Shown: piece by piece, positions 49,124-61,550 of the stretch
How positions within the stretch are numbered: the first letter of the stretch is position 1
How the letters are laid out: every line of letters starts with the position of its first letter
Assembly (NCBI GenBank): GCA_977030845.1
Contig: OZ365115.1
Location: 2,728,001 to 2,792,000, forward strand
Reading direction: 5' to 3'
Length of the DNA stretch: 64,000 bases
From: Fimbriosthenelais zetlandica
Lineage: Eukaryota
The notes under the pieces: generated by a model
Database searches by the model: none
What the model saw: the letters and a program-made list of their open reading frames with translations, nothing else
What the model was told of the DNA's origin: nothing
Made by a program: the position numbers and the translations under genes

Positions 49124-51654
49124 TACTATGACTAAATTAATAAATATCTGTGAATTTAAGAGCTGGAATACGGTAGGTGAAGAGGTAGCAATAGCCTGGA
49201 GGGACTTGAATCATGGATGAGCCGTAGCTGGGGCCTGTAGCACCTGACTATAGATTTTAATTACAGAATATAAACAGCCCAGGGCTACTTCACACCTATT
49301 GTCGACTCTATATTACCATATAGAGCCGGCAGGACTGCACGATTTGCCGGACAATTTACCCTTCTACTAGACGGCTTCAATCATTCTGCCCCAGCAAATC
49401 TGAAAGCAATCAGTGTCTCAATTAATTCTTTACATCTCTAAGAAGGTGCAATGTTGCTGGATTATCCACCTGAAGAACCCCATCCAGGTTTTTCTATTGA
49501 GCACAGAAGGAGTGAATCCCGACTCCCGTTTAGCTTATATTTATATGGAGCTGGACGGCTGGGTCTTTTGTACGGCAAATCGAGACTCAATCTGGCCTTT
49601 CACCCTCACAAATATTGTTGATCAGAAGTATTTTCTGAATTATTTCCTTCGGTTAAAAGGTGGAGGATTTACTGCAGTGTTTGCTTAACTTTGTGTAGTG
49701 GAAATGGGATGGTTTTATAGGGGCATACACTGTATGTACGTACACTATCAATACAAATAGTTTTACACTTTTAAAAATGAATTTGACTGTTAAGAGAATA
49801 ATCCACATTTTGCTTTTGACACAATGGAAGTCATGATTTTTTTTTCAAATGTCAAATGCCTTTAAGGCCAGTGAGACATCGTTCATCTTAGCTAGGGTTA
49901 CATTAGTCCATTTCCCTTAGTTTAAACGCTATTTATGTCAAAATTTGCACTCAGAAATGTTTGTCGAAGTGTAGAAATTTTGGACGATACTGTAGATAGA
50001 AGGGGGTAAATTACAAGAAGTGTGAAGTGTAAGGATAGGAGGAAGGCCCACCTGGAGCTTACACGGTCTGGTGGACAAAAGACTGTTTTTCTGCTTGGTT
50101 TCGTCCTTATGTAGACTAGCTTAATGTGCCATCAGTAAAGTTTGGTTTGTCAACACAGGGACAGTTCACCTGACTGAAGCAATAAGAGCTCTGTACTTAT
50201 ATAACTTACCAGGTATATGTAACAAATCAACATGACTATCCCCAATAACTGTACAGGAAATGTGAGAAACATATCTCATAGAAAACATGTTTGTGTTGGG
50301 AAATTCTCGCTAACTTCAGAATATGGATAGAGAAATGTTAGACGATTAAAATCAAGTTTTTAAGGCGACATTCTCACTAAAGCGAACATCTTATCATGCG
50401 ATGTCTAGAATGATGATCTTAGTACACTTTAGATGGTATTTACTTGATTGTATTTGCATGATAAGGATACTCGTCAAACCGACTATTGAGACCAAACTGT
50501 ACTTTTTAGAATCTAAGAGATGGGAGTCCATGAGGGTAGGTTAGGAGTATGGCGGAGTCCAACATATTTAAGTATGTTGGATCCACCAACTCACCCAAAC
50601 TACGACCCTCATCCGACAAAAGAACAACCAAAAACCTCCAACAAAACCGCTAGAAAATGTAGTATTGTTTAACAGTGTTGGGGATATAAGATATAAATGC
50701 CCCTATAGTGAGGTATAGTAGTTTCCCATGATCCCCGGCATGGCGCCCCACCTAGCGGTGACAGTGGTGAGTAATTGTCTAGTGTTTTCTACACGTGATT
50801 CATGCTCCCAAACAATCACAAAATAAACCATAAAGGTTAAAGATCAGATATTTGAACTCTCCAGTGGGGGAGGCGAGTTTGTGCCATCCACCACACTTCC
50901 CCATTCAATTTAGGGATCAGATTCTGGGAAAACATCGAATAACCATAAAGTCCTATTAATGTACGACAAATTTGGGTTTTTAAAAACTTTAGAACAATAT
51001 ACTTATTTTAAACACATTGCATAGTCTAATATGTTTAATGGAAGTATGAAAGGTTTAAAGTAAGGATTTGTTGTTAATGTCTTGATGAACATAATGTTTA
51101 AGCAGATTTCAATTAACTTTGACATAAACCAAGAACTTTCTAAGAATTGATATACAGTATTAGCTTCATTTTGTAAGTATAATATTTTCATATCTACTTC
51201 ACACGCCAATCACTTTGAGAGCAATACAAAGCTTTCATTCTAGTACTTTTTCATATGTCTGCCCTCTTCTTTTCCATCTACCTTTCACATTTTATCCAGG
51301 ATCATATTTACTTTAAAAATTCTGATCCCCCAGGAGCCATAATCAGGCACAACTACTTTTTATTCTTTCACAGGAAAGTCTTAAATGCAAACAAGATGTG
51401 TTGACACTGTAGAGATGGGGGTGACAGGAGAGAGGGCAAAATGAAATGGGAAGAAACCGGAGGTCATTTAGGGCAAAGAAAAACACCCAGTACATACATT
51501 AAAACCACCTGTTAGTTAGGGGTTCTGTTACAAACAAATGGGCAAACGTCGAGGTAATTTCAGGGATCACAACAGTGAATTAGATCAATTATAAAAGTAG
51601 GTGAATGAAAAGAAAATGGTGGGTGGAGCGGATTGAGAGGTTGTTTGGATGTTT

Positions 51655-51736
51655 GGGTAGGGGGTCGGGGGTCGGGGGTCGGGGGTCGGGGGTCGGGGGT
51701 CGGGGGTAGGGGGTCGGGGGTAGGGGGTGAGGGGTA
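51655..51736 (+). repeat. (GGGGTC/GGGGTA)n tract, G-quadruplex-prone
   Basis: Repeated G4-5 runs with 1-2 nt linkers. Confidence 0.85.
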
Positions 51737-54700
51737 GAGAGAGGTGAATAAACTGGTGTTTATTCGGTGCTAGCAGGTGTCGACGTCCCCCGGTATGTTT
51801 CCATTTTCTGTCTCCACGGCGACATACCAGTTATTCCCCATCTGGCCTCATTTGCCTTACAGCCATCATTTGCCAAGTAGATCAACACATCGGTGTTGGG
51901 GTCTAAAAGGGAAGGGGCTTTCTCTATAGGGACTAACTACATAAAGTATCCATATTATTGAGGATATAATAGTACCTCATACAACCCCAAAACTTTCAAT
52001 ATTTTATTCAATACTCACTAACTTTCCAAAGTATTTTCTCTCGGTTTTCCTGGCTTTAATATGGGTGTTAATACCACTTGGAAATATGCAAATTATAGCG
52101 AGAATGTTGGCAATGGTATGCTACCTCACAAAAGTGAGTAAACAATTCACTGTTTTGTCAAAGTTTCACTGAGAACTTCCCACCAATAAAAGGTCATATA
52201 TGTTTTCTATCCATCTTCAACAACAAAATGTGAAGGTGACTTTGTATTCTTCCCACTGCTCAAGTTTCACAATGGTTCTTATATGACGTATAAAACACGA
52301 GGTAACTTGAAACTTAACGCATGAAACAAGGAAGAGAAATACAGGGGGAAAGGTGGCGCGTTTTGTTGAGGAATATTTTCAGCTATATGAGTGTGGATTT
52401 CAGCAGTGACATCAGTCTGAAGACAGTGTATGCAAAACACCTGCCACCGACCTCCACACTTTTATGTCCAAACTACTGGGAAGGAAATAGGAATATTTTG
52501 TTTATAGCTCATATAGAAGTGTAATATTTCTAGGAGTAACTTTCACTGCACAAAAACATGTTATTGTCTTTTTCTTGACAGATTTCTTGCAATATCTTCT
52601 GAAATAACAATTCTTATTATCAATGTTATTGCAATGTTTCCTGGTAATCACCAAAGTTCTTATTACAATGATTGTTTTTCATATATCTTAAATAGTTTTC
52701 CTGCGTTTTAAAGGAACTTGATGTGTCTTTCCATATTAGGATTTCGAATTATGAACTTCTCATGAGAAGGAAATTCCATTTTATTACCATTATGTTGGAA
52801 TGTATTCTAAAAAATAAAATATGAAAATCAACAAGATATATGTATGACAAAAGGAATGACGCTACCTTTGGATTTTAGTCATGCAATGAATATTTTCATT
52901 ATTAGTATTCTATATTATTCAAAGTTTAACTTTCAAGTATAAACAGTCATGTAAATTTATGTTTGCACCATTGACGTTAGTTTTATCAAACATAGGTTGT
53001 CAAGGAGACATCTAATTTTTTCACCTAGCCTTCCATCAATGTCCATGATTCAGCAATTTAAATGCAAATAGAAAGATGGGATGAATTCTATTTAAATGCA
53101 AATGCAATCTTTGTTCCAAGTATTCAAATAATTATTACACGGATATAAGTGAAAATAATGCAAAAGAACTACATTGAATGACCATGATAAGTGTGTTGTC
53201 ATGGCAACCATGCATGGTTAATTAATATAAAATTATGTTTCTTTTAACATAATATCCTAGTTAAGAATATGCATGATCTACTATAAATGTACGTTTTCAG
53301 AGAGAGTCAGTTGTGGACAAGCTTTGTAAGTATTCTCCTATGCAGAAATGGCGAAATGTTGAATTATGCAACTCACATTTGCCAGAGCAGTGCTATTGAG
53401 TCTATGGTAGACCATCGGTTTCACACTTGCACGCAAGATCACAACTCAGATCATGATCAGGATATATTTTTAACTTTAGACCGGAAACTTTATCACTATT
53501 AATATAAACAACGGACATTCTGAATAAAAATTCATTTGCCCTAACTACTGGTGCTTTTGTTCAGCCTCACTGAGTCTAATTGCAGAATACCTGTTTCACA
53601 ATTGTTAGGTATCAATCCAAATCCTGTTCATAAATTATTTACTGATGTCATCAGTATAACATCTTCATTGAACCTTTTTGAATAAAATCCATTGATCTTG
53701 TTTGCCCAATGGAGCAAAATCAAGACAAGATGCAAGGGAAAAACTCGATGTCGGCTTGAATCCTGACAAAAATCAGATATCTAATGTTTAAAAAAAGGCC
53801 AGGGGAGTCAAAATCAAACATGTCTGGCCCTTTGTGCATTGAATGTCAACAGGGTTGTTTTTTGTGAAAGGCCAATGATGTAAATAGTTACACAGGACCA
53901 TGGTAACATGGTCATAGGGTGGTGAGATACACAGTATTGTCACATCCATGGTGAAGTGTCACTATAGTGACAAACAGTCATAACAAACCAACATTGCCAT
54001 TTGCACTTCTGTGTATCTTTCGTGAATTGTGCAGCAAATATTCAGATATTAATGCCCTCTAAGCATTGCTATGCATTCATATAATGTAAAATAATTATCA
54101 TTTCAAGAGAATAATTAAAGCAATTTAAATATAACTTATCTTGTCTTTCATTTAGGGTGTAGACATATATAAAGTTACATTGTCAGAATTCTAAGTGACT
54201 TTTCTATGCGCATGTCATTATTCAGCCTTGACGCAGCCCATGTGACCTCCCGTCACTGCGCCATGCCGCCATATTGACGTATCCCATAGTTCCCTCTAAT
54301 GACTTGACTCAGCCACGCCCCCTGATGGGTGTCACGTCAATCAACAGTTACCATGGAACCAAAATCACAAGGTGAACTTCCCTCTCAGTTTGGAATCCCA
54401 CATTTAACTTTCCCCTGTAGTTACCAAGCTTGACAGCCGGGTGAACAGTCCCCGAGTCAAGTACACGATACAGTATTCCAATTAAAACACACTGCGACTT
54501 TACTTTCATATTTCCTCTCAGAATTAATTCATCATTCGTTCTGATATGTTGAAGCATTCACCTTTTTCCATATCCTCACCCGAATGGATCAAATGAAATT
54601 AAAAGTACCAGATTGTCTATCAAACATATATCTTACTTAAGAAGATTTGAGCTCAAAAAGTTATACAAGACAATCCTGCATCTCTATTCCTTACTTTACT

Positions 54701-57700
54701 CTTTTCAAATCTCATTTTAGAATTGTGACCTCAGTGTCTTTGCTGGGCTGACTTTAGACCTCAATCTGGCTTTTATTTCAGCTCGGCAGTTGTAACCTTT
54801 ACCCCGTATTTTCTTGTTTTCTAAATCCACATTCCTCCACTGTGGACCCCGCTGTCAGCACGGATGACAAGTCGCTGTCGAGCTTTTGTGAATCCGTGCA
54901 CAGAAATGACAATCTACTGGTTAGTCTGCACTGAATCCTTTCATCAACTTTTGCTGGGATTTTACACTCCAAATTATACTGTTTTTTTCTGCCTTCTTTA
55001 AGGTTCTTTGTATTTCTTCCGGCTGTCCCTTTCATGAGGCAAACTTTTTGACATAAAAAATATTACAGATTTGGTAGCACCCGACTCTAGACATGATTAT
55101 GAACCTTCAGGAGCTATCATATCTTATATTGTACTGCAGGCCTAAACTGTTTAACGACGTTTAATTTAGAATACCCAGATCCAAATCAAATCTCAGTTAT
55201 CAAATCTGTCCTTCTCAGTCACTTTTAACGACAGTAATTCAGAATCAAGACAATGAGTGCTTATCAGTGATAGGCACTGTCAAATGTCCCAGGAGGGGGT
55301 ATAGAGTTGATTTCTCTCATACTGTATCTATATATCATATGAGGAGGATGATCCCAGCTAAACCCACCAATGATTGTGGGCGTTCACTCCCTGATCTCCC
55401 TCACACAGCTTAGGTTATATAAAGGCCAACACAATGAATCAAGTGTTTATACATGCTTTAAAAAACTACACTGAAACCCCACATATATATAGGGTACGAA
55501 ATATCAAGAACAGTCTCTCTAAGAACTAGGATTGTGTCTTCCTATCTCAGAACAATGCATTGTGACCGTTTTCAATTCTTCATTTCAGATCAACGTATGT
55601 TTATGTGTATTTGCTTTTATTAAAGCAAATAGGCCTCCACTTATTTGAATACAATAAATATAAGTGTCCCTAATAGAGCCTAATAAATATTCAATGGAAC
55701 AGAATCATGATGTGCAAGACATTTTGAATCTTCTTCATCATTTAATCATTCAATCCAGTTGAAAATATTTAAGAATTGGGTGGTCGAAGAATCGTCATAA
55801 TCTACCTTTTGATGATAAGGTACCATGAAGCAAGATGCTCATTTTCTTGGCCTAATCCTTTCCTAAACCATTCATTACGCCTAGTGATTCCTGAGGTAGA
55901 GGCTGGTATAAAGCATCCACCGGTCTCCCCTCGACATGAGACTTATCATAAATCCAGGGGGATTAGAAAATACCGGGATAGATATAGGCTTCATTCGCTG
56001 CTCCTGCTCCACTCACCGGACAAACTGATAATAGAAATTGTACGTGATATATCCCCAAATAATTTCTGGAGTTGAACTCAATGTGTTCACTAAAGGAGGT
56101 TTACTCTATTTATGGCCACAAACAGATTATATAGATGGAAGAAAAAAACATCTATTTACATTGATGTTTTTCGTTACTACTTTTGACTTAATGTTGGCTT
56201 CAGGCACCATTGGAGAACCTAGCAACCACAGTCGCTGAAGCACGCGGAAGTGGAAATAAATCTTGTTCCTATTGTTAAAATTAAAAGCAACAAATAGTGA
56301 AGGAAACAAGGGACAACTGGTGAGCAATTAACTCAGCCCCTAATTACAACGCTCTGATGAAGGAGAAAATAAATGAACATTCTAAGCGACATTCAGCCTT
56401 CCTCCAAAATGCTACACTTTAGTAACCCCTTTCTGTTAAACAAGCACAACCCCTCAAATGCATAAAATGCCATTTCACAAATTTGTACTGCAAATCTGAA
56501 TTCAAATATATTGAAATATATATATATATTGAAATATTGAAATTTTCTCCCTAAACTTTATCACCTTTGAAATGCATTCAACGTCATAGATTTGTCTTTG
56601 GACATCAGTAAAAGCTGGTTTTCAAAGACGCTCAACAACGATTAAAATTAATACTTCAATATGAGATAACTTTTTGATGATCCTTTAAAAGATATGAATC
56701 ACATAATGCACGTTGTCATTGTATTTTAATCAAAATTAAAACAAATGTTTCTGGGTTTTAAAAACGACATTCGTGAACTTGAAATCCTGCAGCTTCAAAT
56801 CATCAATCATTGTTTCCAAACTTTCTTTTGAGTGTGAGAGAGAAAGAGGCATAGAGAGAAGAGGGAGAGAGAAGGAGGAGGAGGAGAGGGCGAGGGATAA
56901 AGGGAGAGATAGGATGGTCTGGGGTGAGGGATAAAGGGAGAGATAGGATGGTCTGGGGTGAGGGACAGAGAGGATAGAGAGTCAGAGAGAGGAGAATGAC
57001 AGAGAGAGGATGGACAGGGCCATGCACAGTGCGAGAGGAAGAGGGGAGAAACAGGGACAGAGAAAGAAAGAGTAAAGGTATAATAAACTTGATGACGGTT
57101 TTTAAGGAGAACTCTTAAGGAGGGTGAGATTTGGGGTAATTCAGCCCTACATGGATGTCCAGATTAAGGGGATTATGTAGAGATGGATTAGGATTTAAGT
57201 CTAACCTTTACCTCCGTCTCCTATGTTATTCACTAACGGAATGTCCACCTTTAACCCGTGAAGAGGCTGATTTTATAGATGGCTTAAAGGATCGGGTCTG
57301 GTAAAGGGTGAGGGATTGGCACAGAGTGTTCCCAGTCAGGGCTCTTTAAGTACATTGAAAACTTCTTCAGCCATTTATAGCTGGTGAGAGTCTGTCAGTT
57401 TAGCTGCCGGCATTTAGTCAAAGTGGCACAAAATGACGGGTACTGCCGAGAGTATAGGAACGTATGGAATATCAGACGGAACTATAATTCATAAAAGTCA
57501 CATTTTCATCTTAAAAAGTACACATTTTTTGGCAGATAATGCCATATGTATGGAATAGGTGTTATAATAGGCATTGAATCGTAAGATTGACTTCAATTAA
57601 AATAGATGAATCGATGTAATTTGGCTTTATAATTAATGACGGAGTTATGAGTACATTTGACTTCCAAGAAAATGAAACCTCTTCAGGTTTTCCACATTTT

Positions 57701-59530
57701 AAGTGCCATTTCTTCAGAGCACGTACTGTGTGCATGTTTTCTAATGGTCGTTAGGGAACTCTTTTAAAATTCAGTGAAAATTAATGGGTAAGAAACCTAT
57801 ACTTTTTTAGATTCATTCATTCATGATTAATACTACATAGTTTACATGGACGAGTGCGTCCGTGTGTTTCCGAGTTTTTTTTTTGTTTTTTTCTGTTAAA
57901 GACAGGTGTGGTGAAATGATTGGTTTCTTCCTATTCTATCTCAGCCCCTTCAATTATTAAAGGCAGCTGGTCTACTAATTAAACCAACTCTCTGCAACTT
58001 TATTTTTGGCCAGAGTTATTTGACCCAATCTGCACAGTCCTAATCTCAATCGTCATCAGGAAAGACAGAAATGGAATGAATTCTCTTAAAGTTGTGTGTT
58101 TTATCAATAATTATTCATGATCAAGTCTGGGATCGGAATGGGAGTCTCTGGGATTTCTGAAATTAAAATTTAGATCTTTATATTGTACCTAAACTATCCA
58201 TCAAGTACATATGAATTATGTCAAATATAATTATTGTGGGAAGAAAATATAACAAGAAAATGCGAAAGAAAAGGAATAGGTATGACAGGCGAAAAAAACT
58301 GAAGGGGGAACAGGGAAAGGGAAAGAACGGGGAAAGCATAAAAAGGAAAGAGAACAGGGAAGTCATAGACTAGAGGAGAGACATCCCTTAATTTTAGAAG
58401 GAAACCTGAGTTTTTGGAACGTTCTCATATACTACTTACAGGCCTGTTACCTGAGGGTAGAAGGGACAGAGAGGAAGTGGGAGAGAAGGTGGGACATGTC
58501 TATAATCCTTATTTAGATGACAGAAAATGTACTTGAATCCGTCCATTTCAGCTTTTAATCATGTTTTATTCATTTGTGATTTTCTTGTCAGAAGCCCCAC
58601 TGCAACAGGAGTGTAGGTGCGGGGAGAGGCCGAGTCACAGTACCAGGTAGGTCGTTTTTGAAGGTCCCTTTTAAGTCCATTATTTCAAATGTTTTAAAAA
58701 CAAAACACAAAAATGGACTAAAACAGAGAATTTGCCATTACGGGATGTAATAAAAGAGGGGACACGCGAGAGGAACAGCCAAGTTTTATTACGGATTGGT
58801 GCAAGTGGCATAAACAACCAGGCTTTCTCACATCTTTCTCTTTGAAGAAATATTTTTGTTCCATGTTTTCTCGGATTTTAATTGAAAAACAATTTATAAA
58901 ACTAAAAGGTGCGAGTGTACCTGAATACATTGTACTTCAAATGTCTGGTTGTTTTAGAATAATGGTTGGATTTAAAACAAAAGTCTACGAGAGTACACTT
59001 TGACAATGAAAACTTGAAAAGGAGAAAAGGAGATGGAGATGAAAGGGAAGAGACAATGGGGAAAGGGAAAGGGGAAGAGAAGGGAAGGCAGGGGAAGGGG
59101 GAAGTATGACAGAAGGACGTATTGGGATCCGAGGATAGGATACTTGCAGGAGATGGCAGGAAAGGGAATGCCTGTGTGTAGAAGGGTGGAATAAGGGGAT
59201 GGGGGAATGGAGGGGAAAAAGAAAATAAAAGGCGACAGTTGGTGAATGTATACACTGGGAAGAGATGGGGAAGGGATTAAAGGTATGGAAGATGGATAAG
59301 CCATAAGACCAGGATTAAATAGAGAGTGGTGAGAGTCGTAAATCCATATACAGCCCACTATATATCACAGGGGATGTATCCATCAACATGTATACCGGCC
59401 CGCCAAATACCGACACCCTCCTATACCTCACACCCTACTACTCCCACACACGGAAAACATGGGGTCTACTCTATGTTAGTCAAATGACAAATGTCACGGG
59501 TCTGGGACTCATTCAGAGGAATGGTGGAAG

Positions 59531-59557
59531 CAACGAGTATAGATTCTATACTCGTTG
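59531..59557. repeat. 27-bp palindrome with the same 13-bp arms as 61513-61550
   Basis: caacgagtataga-t-tctatactcgttg. Confidence 0.9.
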
Positions 59558-61249
59558 GTTGAAGTGTTGGCAGTTCAATCCCCAGGCTGTTCCAGGCATT
59601 TTCACTGCCTCCCTCCAAATGTTATCAGTGTGTTTTATGTTGCATCAGCACCAGAAACAAATTGCCCTCATACCCGAGGCTATGTATACATTAATTTGGA
59701 TCTATACAAATTGTAATTGGCCTTCATCATCAGCCACCAGGTCTTGTTGCTGAAGAGGATAACTATTAGGGGACTTCATGTCAATTGGATGTGCTTTGTC
59801 CAAATTGTGTATCATTGTTATTTGACGAAATCTGAACCCTCAATGAAGACATGAGTGATATGATTACACAGCACTTGTGCAATGTAATCATTCAATAACG
59901 TGCTCTGTGAACCAATAATGAGGTTACATGCTCAATGCTCTATTACACTGTGCCAGGTATACTCAGATATGAGAAACATGATGCTCAATTGTATTGAGAT
60001 ACAACTTCATGTTGAATGATATCACATCCCTTGATCTCATATCACACAAACGAAGATAGTGAGAAACGAGGGAAGATTATGGGACTATTTTCATCATGTT
60101 TGGAGGTAGAGTTGTTTTTGTTGAATAGGGTTTAACATCGCTGTTTGGAGGTAAAAGTTGTGTTATAAATATGTAATACAACGAGACGTTTATCTGTGAG
60201 AGCCGATAGCTCACACACAGGATGAAAACCTGCAGATCATCGCCCAAGAATTTGTCATTTAAAAACTCAGATTTTCAGTGCAAAATATGGAACATAGTAA
60301 TATTGATACGGACTGGTCTACGAAAGAGGTACCAGACGGGAAAATCACTAGGAAAGTGTGAAAAATGATAATAAAAGGGGAGGAGAAAAGTGGCTAAGGT
60401 TGCCCAATAATTACCAGAGCCAACATTCTTATAAATATTCATCTTTTTCAGTGGTTATAGGAAGGGAGCATGGTCCCAACAGATCTGGTGGAGGAAATCA
60501 GCACTCATATTCATTGGAATTCATTAATTTCCCTTTAATAAAGCGATAGTACACTCCCATATTTTTTACCGGTCTTTGAGATGTGAATTTTCATGTGGAA
60601 CATGAGTACCCACCTGAAAAGAGAGGAAAACATTATTATTCATTTGTAAATGTATTTAAAATTGCTTTAATGCCCAAATAATGATAAACTGAATACAAGT
60701 GAGTGATAGTTGTCTACAGCGATCATAATTAGAATATGATTAGTGACATGCAATATGGAATCACTGGACAAATTGAAACTCTGGAAGTACAAGAAGACTA
60801 CATCAAGAAGTCTAAATGTTTCTAAGTTTAATGTGAGATTTGTCTGGGACTAAGAACCCGTATGTATTCCGCGCACATGGAGTCAGTTGAGTGAATTTCC
60901 AGGAAGGAGAGTAATAAATGTGGTTTAAAATAGAGGGCTATTGTTGAGGTAGCTCTCACTCAGACATAGACAGGGTACCCGGCTATAGAGATTGAGATGA
61001 CTGCCATCTGGTTCCCTGTTCTACATTGAAGGAATAGAGGAAGTGATTAGTGGTAGGCGGTAACGGCTTCCCATAACTACTGATAGTTAACACTGTGTAC
61101 CGTATACCTTCAAAACAATGCCAACACAGTAATGGACCCCTCACTCAAAAGACAGGACTCCACCCTTGCGATGTTCATTCTGACACAATTGTGATAAAAT
61201 TCTACATCTGCCGCAAGAGTAATTTTAATTCATTACATTCCAAATAACA

Positions 61250-61317
61250 GGGTAAACCCGGTTGGTTAAGGCCCAACTCACTAGGTAGGTGAAAGGTTGG
61301 TGGTTCAATCCCTGGCA
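61250..61317 (+). mobile_element. tRNA-derived SINE head remnant
   Basis: A-box-like ggttggttaagg and B-box ggttcaatccc; related B-box segments at ~35705-35735(+), ~59560-59587(+) and ~20985-21035(-). Confidence 0.45.
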
Positions 61318-61512
61318 TTATAAATGATGTTTTTTTCAGTAAATATATCAGCTTTTGTATAAAGGCATCATAAGTCAGAATCAGAATAGCTCTCTATTCC
61401 TTCTCTCATGCAGTAAAGTTCTATTTATTCCGCCTCTCCCTCATCCTACATTCCCATTCGAATTTAATTTGATAGAAATCAAGCAATGCAGCCAAAAGCT
61501 AGTTAGTACCAG

Positions 61513-61550
61513 CAACGAGTATAGAAAGAAGCTTCTTTCTATACTCGTTG
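61513..61550. repeat. Perfect 38-bp palindrome
   Basis: caacgagtatagaaagaagcttctttctatactcgttg equals its own reverse complement. Confidence 0.95.

Noticed and set aside
58592-58646. Possible 55-nt plus-strand exon (ttttcttgtcAG ... cag|GTAGGT)
   Set aside because: No partner exons or recognisable peptide found.
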